DNA from: Selaginella moellendorffii
Lineage: Eukaryota; Plantae; Lycopodiophyta
Assembly: GCF_000143415.4 (NCBI RefSeq)
Contig: NW_003314270.1
Span: forward strand, 1,419,048 to 1,483,047
DNA length: 64,000 nt
Reading direction: 5' to 3'
The position numbers and the translations under genes are program-made. Below, one piece after another: positions 22,151 to 34,777 of the stretch (position 1 is its first letter; every line of letters starts with the position of its first letter). The notes under the pieces were generated by a model. That model made no database searches, was not told where the DNA came from, and saw only the letters and a program-made list of their open reading frames with translations.

Positions 22151-24795
22151 TTAGGGATTAATGTTCTTCAATATCTTGAATCGATCGGCTTTTGCTCCAT
22201 CCTTCGCTATTATATACTGGAAGAACAGGTTTGCTAGGTTTTAGGAATGTTTGCAACTATGGTACCTCGAACAGGAGCTCGCTTTTGTTGGCTGAGATCC
22301 GGCTATACCCAAATTCAGAGACTCGAACCATGCTCCATGAACTCCACTGAAGCAGCATATAGTTTCGAAGTTATGAACTATTGAAAACTTACGTTCGCTG
22401 GGAAGAGATCGAGGCTGAATCCAGCCATGCCAACCACGGCGTGAATTGGAGCTGATCCATTACTGACGTAAACATCGACCCCAGTATCATCTTTGGCTGG
22501 GACCTGGACGCAGCGGCTTTGATTCACAGCACAGGTGCGCTCGTAGTTGTGAACATGTCCCCACAATGCCAAATCAACCTAGAGAGAAGAATTGAAAAGC
22601 TTGCCAGACATCTATATATATTATATTTACCTTGCTACTCACTAGAAGAGGCTCTACAGCTTCTACAAAATCAGGATCGATTGCGGGTAAAATTTTGGAG
22701 AGAAGCCCGCCTTGCGTAGAGTACATTGGGCGATGCCTAATAATATGAAAATAATTAGAAATAATTTAGAAATAAATGGTGAGTTATGTACCCGACAAAT
22801 ACCAGCCATGGTGTGTGAGTTCTGTTTACAGAAGCAAGATTGTGTTCCATCCAAGAATACTATAGGAATGATACTATACCTAACTTAAAGCAAAACGGAA
22901 TTTTCTTTTACCTGTTCACTGTTTGGAGTCCAGTCGTGCTCCGTGGAGATTACTGTGAGATGCACGGGACCAAGTTCTATAGAGTACCATGGTTTGTCGA
23001 TGCCTTGGGCAGGCATCGGGAAGTAAGATCGATATGGAACTCCACACTCGCCTCCCGAGTCTGTGGAGTTGTATTTGGATCCTGAGCCAGGATGATCCCT
23101 GGGCGATCATAGTAAATCAAGAACTTGGAGCAAATGATATAGATTTCGGTACCTCTCGTGGTTTCCAATGGCCGTCATGTAAGGGATCCTGGAAGCCACA
23201 GGCTCAATCATCTCAAGGAAGTGATCCCATTCCGCGAGAAAGCCAGTGGCATAACTTATATCGCCTATGTGGAATATGGTGTCCACAGTCTGGTTGGCAA
23301 GAGAATCTATCACTTGTAACGCTCCAGGCTGCAATATATACTTGCTAAGGTAGAATTTTCAAGAAGTCTATATTACTTGTATGTAGTGTTCTAAGCTGTT
23401 GTCTCGTTCAGCCTTCCCCATGTCTCCAAAAACAATGAAGCTTGCACTGTTTGATCCATCCCCTGGAGGAGTGGTAAAATTCTTGAGTTTGCTCCAGCCA
23501 ACTTTCTCACTATGGATTTAACCAAACGTAGGCTAATGTTGCTGAAACCCACATAGTTTTCTTACCTTCCATATCTGTAAGAAAAACTCTTGCCAGGAGA
23601 AAGACTTGTCATTGTTGCATGATGCATATATCCAGGAGTGTGCCATCCAAAATCTGTAGCTGGCGAACCTAAAAGAATTACCCAAAATAAAGTTAAAAAA
23701 AAAAAATGTTAACTTTTACCACACATATCTTCTTTTTGGAAAGTTGTGATTTCGCTTGTGGAGCTCCGACCATCATACTCGACGTTCTGAGTGGCATTAT
23801 CGTTGCTGATCCAAGTTACCACCATCTTGAGTTAAAGAAATTAGTAGAGTAAAGTTGTGAAAAGATTTAAAAGCTTACAGAGGTGCCAGAAGAGTCCTTG
23901 AGAGACAAATGCCCGTATAAAGGGGCCCCAGGCCTCGCAAACGAAAGCGGTGGGGCGATCTTGAGAATGCAGGGAGTTACAAGCCCGCCGCCAAAGAACA
24001 CAAAGGTGACGGCGGTTCTTATGTTGACAAGACGGAAAGCAAGTGATCCAGAGCAAGTCCTCACGCTACATGAATCAGTGACACACGTCTTGTTGGAGCA
24101 GTTAATGTAGCCAGGATCATCGCTGAGGAACTTGAACTGGAAGAAATCAAAATCGATCAAGAGCCAAGTTAAGATCAAGATCATTAGAGCTATCTTTCTT
24201 GCTTTTGTAGAACAACCTTGAGGGGATAGTCGCAAAGCAAAGGCAGGCTGGAAAAGTCTCCTGTCTGCAGATAAAGTGCTTTGTTTGCAAGGCAGTCAGA
24301 GTAGCTGTAGAACGAAAACGACCGATGTGAAGTGCGGGTTTTCGGAGCTTCCGCATTGAAGAATCACCAGATATCAAATGGAGCAAGCAGACAAACTAAT
24401 ATGGAGCAAGAGGGAATAAGGGAGAAAGAAGAATGGACAGAAGAAAATGGAAGAGAAAGATGGTTATTCGGAAAATTGGGAGCTTACTTGTGAGTTGCTT
24501 CCGAGAACACTCCAATCCAATCTCTGGAACTCGGCCGAAGAACACCACTCACGGTCGTCACCACTGTCTGGACACTGGCGAGAGGGCCTGCGGTGTCAAG
24601 CATCAAGTTGAGGTATGGATTTGGATCCCGGCATTCCAGCAATGCCCGCCTTGTGATGGAACCAAAAGAAGACCTCCCCGAGACCCTCAAATTCGCACCG
24701 GTAGCATCACCAGCTCCAGCACAAGCACCAGCTTGTAAAATTGCGAGCAGAACCAGTTCCAGGATAATCACCCGCGGAACTGGAATTCCAGCCAT
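22151..24795 (-). CDS. Purple acid phosphatase (nucleotide pyrophosphatase/PAP27-like), multi-exon
   Basis: Signal peptide, DWIGVFS, FRLVNIR, FGDMGK, HIGDISYATG, TAIGNHERD, WGHVHNYERTC, EFGYSRI. Confidence 0.92.
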
Positions 24796-25229
24796 TTGCA
24801 AAGGTCTCTGCTCAAGCCATTCGTGACTAAAATTGTGCGTAACAGCCGAGGTGTCTGGGCTGGCCGGAAAGAACGATGAGACGTGGTGCCACACAACCTC
24901 TCGAGGATATGCCCAAAAGAAGCTTCCACTCTCCCCATGGCTTTCAAAACGCTAAAGTCTAAAATCTTCAAAGAATTTTTTTTACACAGACGGGTCATAC
25001 AACCCAACAAGTTAACAAATAATTAAATAAAAGTATTCCATCAAGTGTTTGAGCCAAACTACCTCTTCCCTTAAAGGACGGATTTAGGGCAAGTATAATT
25101 GACACATGATTCACACTATAATGCATGAGAACCATGATTTAACTACACAGGTAGCGCGTGACATGACGAGGGTATACAAGCGCACTTCCCTCTTGGTTTC
25201 TCTCGGCTTTGGCCATGACTTTGTTGTGG

Positions 25230-26849
25230 ATGATGGTTTCTCTTTTCTCGTTCGCCCCGGCACTTTCGGTTCCTTCTCTGGATGCGAATCCCCTCGACGA
25301 GGACACGGCTCAGCATGTCCAGATAACGTATCTTGGAAACATGGCGCAGTCGTCTGGAGCTGGTAATTATACATGTTCCCGATTCTTGGTTGAAACTACT
25401 TTCAAGATGCCTTGCAGTGTGCTTAGATGGGAGCGTTCCTGCTTACCATCTCCAGCAAGGAGATCCAAGCTCGTGGCACATTTCATTCGAGGTACAAGAA
25501 GAGAACAAACTGTGAACTGTATGAGAAATGCAGGGTGGCGGATGGTGCCAATCGCTGGAAGCTTGCGCTAACCGAGCCCAGAGCTTCTTTGGAAGCTCCA
25601 AGTACATGAAGCCCTTTGTAAAGTTTGATGGCCTGCTTAGCAGCTCGGTCCAAGTGAATCCCGAATTTTTCAACTGGACTCATGTTCTAGTGAGGTACTG
25701 CGACGGGGCATCCTTTAGCGCCAATGTTAGCGACACACTCGCAGTTCCTTCTGGAAAGGTGTTCCTCAAGTGGCATTTATGTTAATCCCACCATCTTTTT
25801 CTCTTCCTCGAGCACGCAGGTTTTGTATTTTAGAGGGAAGAGGATCTTCGAGGCTGTGATTGAGGAACTCAAATTATATAGAGGGTTGAGCGACGCTAAC
25901 CAGGTATTTATACATAAGTTCAGATTCTCACAATCTGCTGATTTCTCGTTGTAAATGTTATCAGGTTCTTCTGTCCGGTTGTTCTGCCGGAGGGCTGGCC
26001 GCGATCCATCGATGCAACGACATGGCAAGCTTTCTTGATCATGGTGTCAAGCTGAAATGCCTGAGTGATGGAGGCTTCTTCGTCAATGCGTGAGTAATCT
26101 ATAAGTTGGATCTTAATGTTATCTTGGAGCTCAAAATGAAAAAAATTATCAGCTCGGACATCCAGGGAAGCAATTCCATATTGAAATTTTACACAAACAT
26201 CGTCAGCTTTCATAAGTTGCACGAGACACTTGACAAATCTTGTGTGTCCGATTCAAGCAACAATGGTACAGAGGTACTAATAGTAGATTTTATTCGGTGT
26301 TTCAGCTGGCACTTGTGTTCTGTGTAGTGTTATTTTCCACAAGTCATGAAAGATTACGTCAAGCCTCCGCTCTTCATTCTCAATGCTGCTTACGACTTCT
26401 GGCAAGTACGTAGATCTTCTTTATGCTGTCAAACAAAGTTAACTATTGCAGCTAGAGCATGTCAAGAAGCTGTCGAGAGAGATCTACAAACCTTGCATCA
26501 TGACCAACTCATCATGCCCACCCATTCGAATACTTCAGCAGCTGCGGATGAGTATGATCGATGCGCTTCGAGTTGGATCGCTGTCTAACAGGGAATCCCT
26601 GAGCGTCTTCATAGACTCTTGCTTCACTCACTGCCACACTCGAAGCGATGATCAATGGACCATCCCAAAGATCAAGAGCAAAGCAAGTAGATTATAATCT
26701 CTGGAAGTGCACTAACCAAGTTGATGCTGCTGCAGTCCCCAGCTCAGGCCGTGGGCGATTGGTACTTTCAGAGAAATGGTGAAGCTGGGCAACAAGCCAT
26801 AGATTGCGCCTATCCTTGCAATCCAACTTGCGTATCTATCTTTGATTAG
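25230..26849 (+). CDS. Pectin acetylesterase, copy 1
   Basis: [80 protein letters not shown]. Confidence 0.92.
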
Positions 26850-27077
26850 CAGAATAAATAGATCTTTACGCAATTGAGAAACAATGGATCCCCTGCTAGT
26901 GGAGCTCTGAGTGCATGGCTGTTTCCATCAAACGTGTGGCCCGTGCCTGTGAAAAGCACCGCGAAAAAACAATCCAACATAAGTTACTCCAGTGGACAGA
27001 TCTTTTTAGCGGAGAAAACTGATCACGGGTCATCCTGACACACTTTGTCTCATAATTGAGCAGCTCCCTCATTTCCA

Positions 27078-28706
27078 ATGTTCTTCCAAGTTCTCTCGCT
27101 TCTTGCGTTTCCAGTTATTGTACATGCCGTTCTGGTTCCAATAACTTATCTAGCTGCGTCCAATTCGTCAGGAGCGGGTAGGCCATTTGCGATCTAGATC
27201 CATGTTCTAAATTGTGTGTGACAATGCTATATAGTTTGCCTGGATGGAAGCGTTCCGGCTTATCATCTTCTACCGGGAGCCTCAAACTCATGGCATATTT
27301 CTTTGGAGGTAAAGATCGATTGCTCGATCAAGTTATAGGATGATGATCCATAGCTTTGGTTTCTGGGAAATGCAAGGGTGGAGGATGGTGTGACTCCGTG
27401 GTATCCTGTGCTAACCGCGCCAAAGGTCACTGGGGAAGCTCCATTTACATGCAAAGCCCGACTGGATTCGGAGGCTCGCTCAGCAACGACGCTTCCGTAA
27501 ACCCGAACTTTTTCAACTGGACACAAGTGTTCGTCAGGTACTGCGATGGAGCTTCTTTCACTGCTGATGTCGAGGAGCCCCTCGTTTCATCCTCCGGCCA
27601 GGTAAGAAACGCGGCAAAAAGCTGTGAGATCAATCGCGATATCGATCATTTATTTGTTCTTCCTGGAGTCCTCCAGGTTTTGTACTTTCGAGGGAAGAGG
27701 ATTCTCAGAGCAGTCATTGATGACTTGAGAAGCAAAGGATTGAGCAACGCGACACAGGTTTGTCGAAAAGAAAGGCTACTCTAGAACTTACCTCTCGAAT
27801 TTTTGATCAGGTTCTTCTATCGGGCTGCTCGGCTGGAGGGCTTTCGACTATACTCCATTGCAACGATGTCCAGAGCCTCCTCGATCCAGGCGTGACACTG
27901 AAATGCTTGAGTGATGCTGGGTTCTTCATAAACACGTAAGAACTTGCAAAGAATTTTTTAGACCGTTTAGAAATCTGGCTGGAGTACAGTTCCGATCCTG
28001 GTGGTCACTACCTCATGTCAAAGCTTTACAAGGACGTGGTCAGCTTACACAAGCTCGAAAACACGCTGGATCAATCCTGCATTGGTGACTCAAACGGTGA
28101 TGCTACGAAGGTACTCTCGAAAAGAAGCGCTTTCTTTTGCTTGATTTGTTCTTTGTTTTTGCCAGTGTTTCTTTCCTGAGATCATGAAAGCTTACGTCAA
28201 ACCACCATTGTTCTTGTTGAATGCTGCTTACGATTCCTGGCAAGTAAGCGCTCGTCTTCGTAGTTTACAAACTCAGAATTTCGTGCTTTTGATAATTTAC
28301 ACAGCTCGAGCACGGCCTTAATCTCTCGAGGGACTCATACAACTCTTGCATCAGCTACTCGTCATGCCCACCAGTTGAACTCCTCCAAGGATTTCGAGCA
28401 AGCATGCTAGATGCTCTTTCAGGTGGATGGAGCTCGCTGGCTCTTTACATCAACGCATGCTTCACGCACTGCCAAGCAACCTGGGATGCGACTTGGAACA
28501 TCCCCAAAATCAATGGCAAGGCAAGTCTCCCCTGTCGCGTGACAAGATCTCCTCGAGTTTGGAGTTTACTGATGAGATCGACTTCCGAGTTTTTGCAGTC
28601 TCCAGCGCAAAGTGTTGGCGACTGGTACTTCGAGAGGACTGCCCAGCCGGAACAAGCTATTGATTGTGCGTATCCCTGTAATCCAACTTGCATCCAGCAA
28701 GCTTAA
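27078..28706 (+). CDS. Pectin acetylesterase, copy 2 (tandem paralog)
   Basis: Same motifs and exon structure as copy 1: [61 protein letters not shown]. Confidence 0.92.
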
Positions 28707-28735
28707 CCAAGGTGGTCGTGAAAGATCTTGTCCGA

Positions 28736-30673
28736 TCATCTGCTAGATGCGTAGATGTTGGAGAGCAAAACGTGAGAGGCCGAGCCGCCGAAGTCTAGTT
28801 TGGAAGAACCGAGGAGCTTAGCAACAGCAGACTTTGCACTGGGAGATATAGACCTGCGGTGGAACTGGCCGCTACCGAGCAACACGGTCCACGCGACGCT
28901 ATCGGGCACGAATGGCATTGTGTCGATCAGCTCCTGGGCATCTTTCGCCTGTCCCGACCTCGCGAGAAGATCCACCATGGAGCAGTAGTGCTGCATCGTT
29001 CGCTCCAGTTTGTAATCAAGCTCCAAGCTGACAAACAGTCTCCGTCCCTCTCGGAAGAACGATCCGGCGTGGCTGTGCGCGCAGGCAACGAGAACGCACA
29101 AGACCGAGACGTCTGTGGGAGTGAGACCCTCCAAGAGCATCGCCCGGAAGAGATCTAGAAGGTCTTGGCAGTGGCCGAGCCGACAGTAGCCAGCAGCGAG
29201 GGTGTTCCAGGTAACAACATCTCGCGCCAGTACCCGATCAAACAGCTCTTTGGCCTCCACCAGCTTGTCATTTTGAGCGTAGGCCCCGATGATGGTCGAC
29301 CACGATGTCGTGTTACGCTCCGGCATGGAATCAAACGCGAACTTTGCCGCTTCCAGCTCACGGTTTCGAGCGTAAGCTTGAACCATGGCGCTCCAAGTTA
29401 CCACGGTTCGTTGAGGCATCCCGTGATCGAACAAGCTCTTCGCTGATGCGAGTTCGTTGTTCTCGGCGTAGGCCTGTAGCATTGTGTTCCAGATAACGTC
29501 GTCCCGTTCGTCCCGAGGAACGGAGTCGAAGAGATGCTTCGCAGCCTCAAGATGCCCGGAGTGGGAATATGCAGCCACCATTGAGGTGATTGCCACTAAA
29601 TTCCACTCGGGCATTCTCTCATAAAATGACTTGGCATTGTCAATGCTGCAAAGTTCCGCATAGACTTTGAGCATGGCAGTCCAGGCCACTAGATTCCTTT
29701 CGTGCATTTCATCAAAGAGAGCCTTGGCTTTGTCAATTTGCCACGCTTCGGCATATGCCACGACCATGACAGTCCAGGACACAATATTCCTACAGGGCAT
29801 AGTATCAAAGAGATTCCGGGCATCCTCAAGGCATCCGTGCTGTAAGTACGCTTGTAACATAGCGGTCACCACAACCACATTGGGAGACTCCAGGCGATGG
29901 AAGATTCTCTTGGCCATATCAAGATGCCCAAAATGAGCATATGCCGAGATAATCGTACTCTGCGAAAAATTGTTCTTTACAGGCGTTGCATCGTACAAGC
30001 TCTTGGCCTCCTCAAGATACCCGCACTGCGCAAAAGCTTGCATCATGACCGTCCATGCCACCTCGCTCTTAACTGGAATTAGGTCAAAAAGTTCTTTAGC
30101 TTGCTCAAGATGCCCATTTGCGGCATATGCCGAGAGCATGGCGCTCCACGTCACGGCATTCTTGACGGGCATCTGGCGGAAGCAATGCTCCGCTTTGCCG
30201 ACATTGCCGCTCCGCCCATACGCCGCCAGCATCGTCGTCCACGACACAACGTTTCGATCGGCCATTCTATCGAAGAGCTCCTCCGCCTCGTCCAGATGCC
30301 CATTCTCGGCAAGAACCTGGACCATGATCGTGTGCGTGACGACGTTGGGTTGCGGGACGCGATCGAACAGCCGCCTGGCGTGATCGACGAGACCGTTCTG
30401 GGCGTACACCGAGATCATGAAATTCCAGGAGAAGACATTTGGATCGATGAGCTGCGCGAACACATCGGCCGCGTCGCTCGCGCTGCCGCATTTGCCGTAG
30501 GCCTGGATCAAGAGATTGGCAAGGTATCTGTCCTGCGATGCGAGAACTCGCGCGTGGAGCTGCCGCGTCGAGGAAAGATCGCCCGCACTGGCGCAGGATT
30601 GGATGAGGCACGCTAGCTGAGATCGAGACAGGAATCTCTCCTCCTGGCTTAGGGCTTGAGGAAGAAGAAGCAT
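28736..30673 (-). CDS. PLS-class PPR protein with E domain, no DYW
   Basis: 645-aa intronless ORF of ~31-aa repeats (A..LFD.MP.RN.V.W..M..AYA..G); ends QHYCSMVDLLARSG..MPFVPDSVAWTVLLG..HVLLSNIYA. Confidence 0.93.
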   Translation of the reverse strand: MLLLPQALSQEERFLSRSQLACLIQSCASAGDLSSTRQLHARVLASQDRYLANLLIQAYGKCGSASDAADVFAQLIDPNVFSWNFMISVYAQNGLVDHARRLFDRVPQPNVVTHTIMVQVLAENGHLDEAEELFDRMADRNVVSWTTMLAAYGRSGNVGKAEHCFRQMPVKNAVTWSAMLSAYAANGHLEQAKELFDLIPVKSEVAWTVMMQAFAQCGYLEEAKSLYDATPVKNNFSQSTIISAYAHFGHLDMAKRIFHRLESPNVVVVTAMLQAYLQHGCLEDARNLFDTMPCRNIVSWTVMVVAYAEAWQIDKAKALFDEMHERNLVAWTAMLKVYAELCSIDNAKSFYERMPEWNLVAITSMVAAYSHSGHLEAAKHLFDSVPRDERDDVIWNTMLQAYAENNELASAKSLFDHGMPQRTVVTWSAMVQAYARNRELEAAKFAFDSMPERNTTSWSTIIGAYAQNDKLVEAKELFDRVLARDVVTWNTLAAGYCRLGHCQDLLDLFRAMLLEGLTPTDVSVLCVLVACAHSHAGSFFREGRRLFVSLELDYKLERTMQHYCSMVDLLARSGQAKDAQELIDTMPFVPDSVAWTVLLGSGQFHRRSISPSAKSAVAKLLGSSKLDFGGSASHVLLSNIYASSR

Positions 30674-30712
30674 GAACCCTAATATGGGTTTCTAGGAGAG
30701 CGCGAAAGCGCT
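30674..30712. promoter_or_regulatory. 39-bp bidirectional intergenic region with telobox-like motif
   Basis: aaccctaa at 30675-30682 between PPR ATG (30673, -) and THOC7 ATG (30713, +). Confidence 0.6.
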
Positions 30713-31762
30713 ATGGCGACAGAGCCGGCAGGCAAGTAGCTCCCATCCTTCTTCTTTATCATCGTAGCTAGGCGCTACTGGAATCTCTCGCTAGATCTCT
30801 CGCATTCTTCGCTCACGGGTGATCTTCTCACAGGAGCTAGGACGGGGACGAAGGTGAAGAAGGTAGCTGGGAAGCGCGAAGAAGTGACCGGGCATTTCGC
30901 GTTTGGGCCTGCCGAGGACGATGCGATCATCCGGCAGCGGCTGCTCACTCGGACCACCACGACCCGGGGCGAGCCGCCACTCAAGAAGTTGCTCAAGAAG
31001 TTCGTCGCTTTCGTGGCCGAGGTGGATAAGAGCTCCGACAATGTGGTGGAGTGCGAGAAGCTCTACAAATCCTTGCTGCAGGAGCTCAGCACTTTCGAGC
31101 TCCCGCTGCTCAAGACGAGGGCCGTGATCGATGCCAACAAGCGCGAGCAGCAGAGTTTCAAGGATTTGCAGCAGCAGCTCGACCAGCAAACCATCCAGGT
31201 ATTCGATCGAGTTCGTGTTTTCTTTTGTTCTCCTCGAGCTCACTTTCGCACTGAGGCTGAAAGAACCTTTTTTTTTTTTTCCTTTCTTTCAAAGACTAGG
31301 AATGACATCGAAGATTTGAAGATCCAACTCGAGCAAAGCAAGATCGAGAGGCAGCACAAAGAGGAGTGCGAAGCCATTCGTCGGCTGATAGCCGCTCAAC
31401 CTCCGCGATCAGAGACCCAGAACGTGATCACCGAGCTCGAGAAAGAGATCGCGACGCTCGAGGCCGAGAACATGACCGCCACTCGGACACTGGAGCTCCG
31501 GAAGAAACAATTCGCCCTCTTGCTACACGCCGTAAGCTCCATTACATCCATCCATCCTTTCATTTTTTTTTTGTCGCGATTAAACCTCCTAGTTGTTCTA
31601 ACTTGGCCTTGTGTTTCACTCCAGGTTGATTCGCTACAGACCACGCTCGAGGACGAGCAGCAGAGCAGCGCGATCGAGCAGGACACGAGCGGCAGCGGCG
31701 CTTTTGTCTCGATGGAAGCTCCAGTGGCGGCTGCCGAGCCCATGGCCGTGGATCCTGTGTGA
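30713..31762 (+). CDS. THOC7: THO complex subunit 7
   Basis: [83 protein letters not shown]; first intron probably GC-AG (30732-30833). Confidence 0.92.
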
Positions 31763-31887
31763 GCAGCGCCGACAATCAAACCAGACAGGCAAACATTCTT
31801 TTCTTTTGCTCCTTGTTTCCAGTTAACTCGCGAACAAACCGAGAATCGAATGTCTCAAGCTTCGCTGACAAACTAAAATCCAATCAA

Positions 31888-33207
31888 TCAGTACGGTGGA
31901 GGTGGCGGTAATTCGTAGTGGTATGAAGGTGGCGGCGGTGATTCGTAGTGGTACTCGGGTGGCGGCGGCGGCGGCGGCGGCGGCGGTGACGGTGGCGGCG
32001 GTGATGGTGGCGGCGGCGATGGAGGCGGCGGTGGTAGCACGGGCGGCGCCATTACCAGCGGCTCTGGTTGGCAGCTCGTCGGCTGCGAGAGGAAGTCCGC
32101 ACATTGGTCGTGGGGTCTCTGGTTGGGCTGGTACGGAATACAGTTCCGGTCCGTGTCCACGATCGTCCCGTTGGACGCGGGCAGCGCGAGGCACTGGTGG
32201 GCGATGTCCGTGAGGAAGTTATCCTCGAGCGTGAGGTTCTGGAGCTTGGGCAGCTCGCAGATCCCCTCGGGCAGCGGCCCCGAGAGGAGATTCCCCGCGA
32301 GGTTGAGCTGCTCGAGCGATTTCATGGCGGCGATGGCGTCCGGGACGTAGCCGCCGAGCTGGTTGCCGCTGAGGTCGAGCACGGTGACCTGCGTGAGGTT
32401 GGCGATGGAGTCGGGGATGCAGCCCGTGAGCATGTTGCCCAGGAGGATGATCTCCTCCACGCTGCCGTTGAGCGCGCCGATGGAGCTCGGGATCTCGCCC
32501 TGGATCATGTTGTTGGCGAGGACGAGCACCGAGGCGGTGGAGTTTGCGAGCGTGGCCGGGGCGGCGCACTGGAAATCGTTGTCGTTGACGAAGATGGCGT
32601 CGAGGCCGCGATCGAAGAGGCGGGAAGGGATGGCGCCCCGGAAGCGGTTGAAGCGCACGTCCAGGTAGCGGAGGCTGGGGAGGTCGAGCGTGACGTTGGG
32701 GAAGGGGCCGGAGAAGCGATTGTTGGAGAGGTCGAGCTCGTAGAGGTGGGCGAGCTTGCAGAAGGAGGGCGGGACGGTGCCCCAGAAGAAATTGGTGTTG
32801 ATGTGGAAGAGGACGAGGTAGGAGAGGAGGCCCAGCTCGTCGACGAGCTTGCCGCTGAGGTAGGCGTGGTTGAGATCGATGCCGGTGACCACCCTCTCGC
32901 AGGAATCGTCCGGGGCGGCCGAGCAGAAGACGCCCTTGTAGCTGCAAACCTCGTCGCCGATCCACGTCGCGGTGATGTTGAGTGGATCCTTGGTGATTGC
33001 CGCCTTCCACGCCTGGAGCGCCGTGTAGGCGTCCCACAGGCTCCGGATCGATGCCTCGGACGCGCCCTCGAGCCGGCGCTGGCGCTGGAACCTCATGTGC
33101 GTGTGTGAATGCGCTGCGGCAGCATTGATCCTGCTGCTCGATGCCTGCTGGATCGCCGCAGCGATTATCAGCGAGAGAGAGAGGAGGAATCTGGAAATCC
33201 CGCGCAT
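31888..33207 (-). CDS. Leucine-rich-repeat extensin-like protein (short Ser-Pro4 tail)
   Basis: Signal peptide, AYTALQAWKAAI..DP..W.G..VCSYKGVFC, GIDLNHA.L.G, FHINTNFF.G, LRRs, SPPPP repeats and YHYESPPPP. Confidence 0.92.
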   Translation of the reverse strand: MRGISRFLLSLSLIIAAAIQQASSSRINAAAAHSHTHMRFQRQRRLEGASEASIRSLWDAYTALQAWKAAITKDPLNITATWIGDEVCSYKGVFCSAAPDDSCERVVTGIDLNHAYLSGKLVDELGLLSYLVLFHINTNFFWGTVPPSFCKLAHLYELDLSNNRFSGPFPNVTLDLPSLRYLDVRFNRFRGAIPSRLFDRGLDAIFVNDNDFQCAAPATLANSTASVLVLANNMIQGEIPSSIGALNGSVEEIILLGNMLTGCIPDSIANLTQVTVLDLSGNQLGGYVPDAIAAMKSLEQLNLAGNLLSGPLPEGICELPKLQNLTLEDNFLTDIAHQCLALPASNGTIVDTDRNCIPYQPNQRPHDQCADFLSQPTSCQPEPLVMAPPVLPPPPPSPPPPSPPPPSPPPPPPPPPPEYHYESPPPPSYHYELPPPPPY

Positions 33208-34777
33208 GATTGCTCGCTTCTTATCGAAATTCCCCGGCCAAGAACAACCAAGAACAAGAGAGAGAAAGAGACAGAGAGACGAAAAAAGAGGGCAATTGCG
33301 AAGCCGATCGATGGATGGATTGCCCGCGCGCGCGCGCGCTACCGAATTCCCAATGCGGCTGCCAGATCCTGTGACTGGCGTGATGAATCCGCGGCCACTT
33401 TGGAGGAGATCGCAAGCAAAGTAGAAATGTAGTACCGCCTCCTCGGCGCGCACGGGACACGAAGAAGATCTCTGCCTTGCGACGAGGAAAGGCGCGCGCG
33501 CTGGGAAGGAATCCTGTGAGCGCAGATTTTCATGCCATTCTCCTCCTCCTCCTCGCCCTCCTCCTCCTCCTCTCTAGCTTTCCAAACGAAATATAAAAAC
33601 ACACAGCCGCCCACACAGGAGAAAGAACTCGTCAGTGGCAGCCGTTCGATGGGGCGCATCTACGGCGGAAATAGAAACTTCAAACTGTAGCCGTTGGATG
33701 GGGGCTAGGGCGGCCGCGTGGCGCCATCCCAGCCGCTGTCCAGTTCGCGGGCGGATGTCTTTGAAAAAATGGCTTCCGATCGTGGCACGACGTTTGTTCG
33801 TGTTTACTACGCTCTCAGGCTGTGGTCCATGACTTTGCTTGCTTGTTTTCTCGTGAGGATTGCGGCTTCTTATCTCTCGTCAGAGCTCCTCTCTAGACAT
33901 GGGCACCACTCTTTGGTCCCAGCGTGTTGGTCGCCAGCGTTCCAAAAATCCTGTTGCGGGGGACGAATTCACTCCTGCTGGGATGATCATACATGACAGC
34001 GGCGGGGCTCCAAATCATGCTGGAAGAGGAGAAAACACGCTTAGATCCTCGTCCGGGTCGAGAGAAAAACCACGCACTTACTCGTTTGTTGCGTTGCGAG
34101 ATACAGTCTTGCAGCACGGATGCTTGGAGCGACTCGAGACAGTTGCGAGAGCTGGTGCTTGTTACCGGGACGCTTTCGTTGTGCAGGGAAGAATCGTTGT
34201 TAGCCACAGCCATCGACAGTTCGGTCCCACGCCAAGTGGGATTTTCTTTTCGGCTTGGAAAGAGGCGGCTTCTTCTCGCTTCTTATCTTCGCTTTCTTTG
34301 CAGAAGACCGATTGATTGGAACTGCACAGGAACCAAGAAAAACTAGAGAGGTTAGTCCCTTTGTTTTTTCTTGGGACGGGTACAATGTCTAAATCTTACT
34401 GCGGAGTGACCTCTGCCACTTTGCCTGCTGCACGGTCGAAGAATAATTTTGTTTTCTCTGCAGATAAAATACCAACGTTAGGTGCTGCATCAGCGTACCG
34501 ATGGAGAAGAGAGAAAAACGAAACAAAAAAGAGAAAAGCCGCCTTACAATACAGCCTACGGGTCGCAAGGCACCATGAGCTTTGGCGAGAGCTAAAAGAT
34601 GATCCAAAGACCACGAGATGGAGATTCTTCGCCTTCCCTTGAATATTTTACGAGTTTTCAACACGTAATCCCGTTGACGTCAGGCTCGTCCGACAAAAAT
34701 CGCACTGCAGCATAAACAAAACAAAGAAGTTACGAGTAAGAAAGCGAAGCAAGAACTCACCAGTGTGATTGACTGAG

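Noticed and set aside
32068-33108. Long opposite-strand/alternate-frame ORFs over the LRX gene (also over trihelix 4527-5267, GH17 and CYP74 49281-50711)
   Set aside because: Shadow ORFs expected from high GC3 codon usage; no recognisable motifs
33500-34770. Short ORFs between LRX and the CRM gene
   Set aside because: No motifs; probably promoter/UTR sequence
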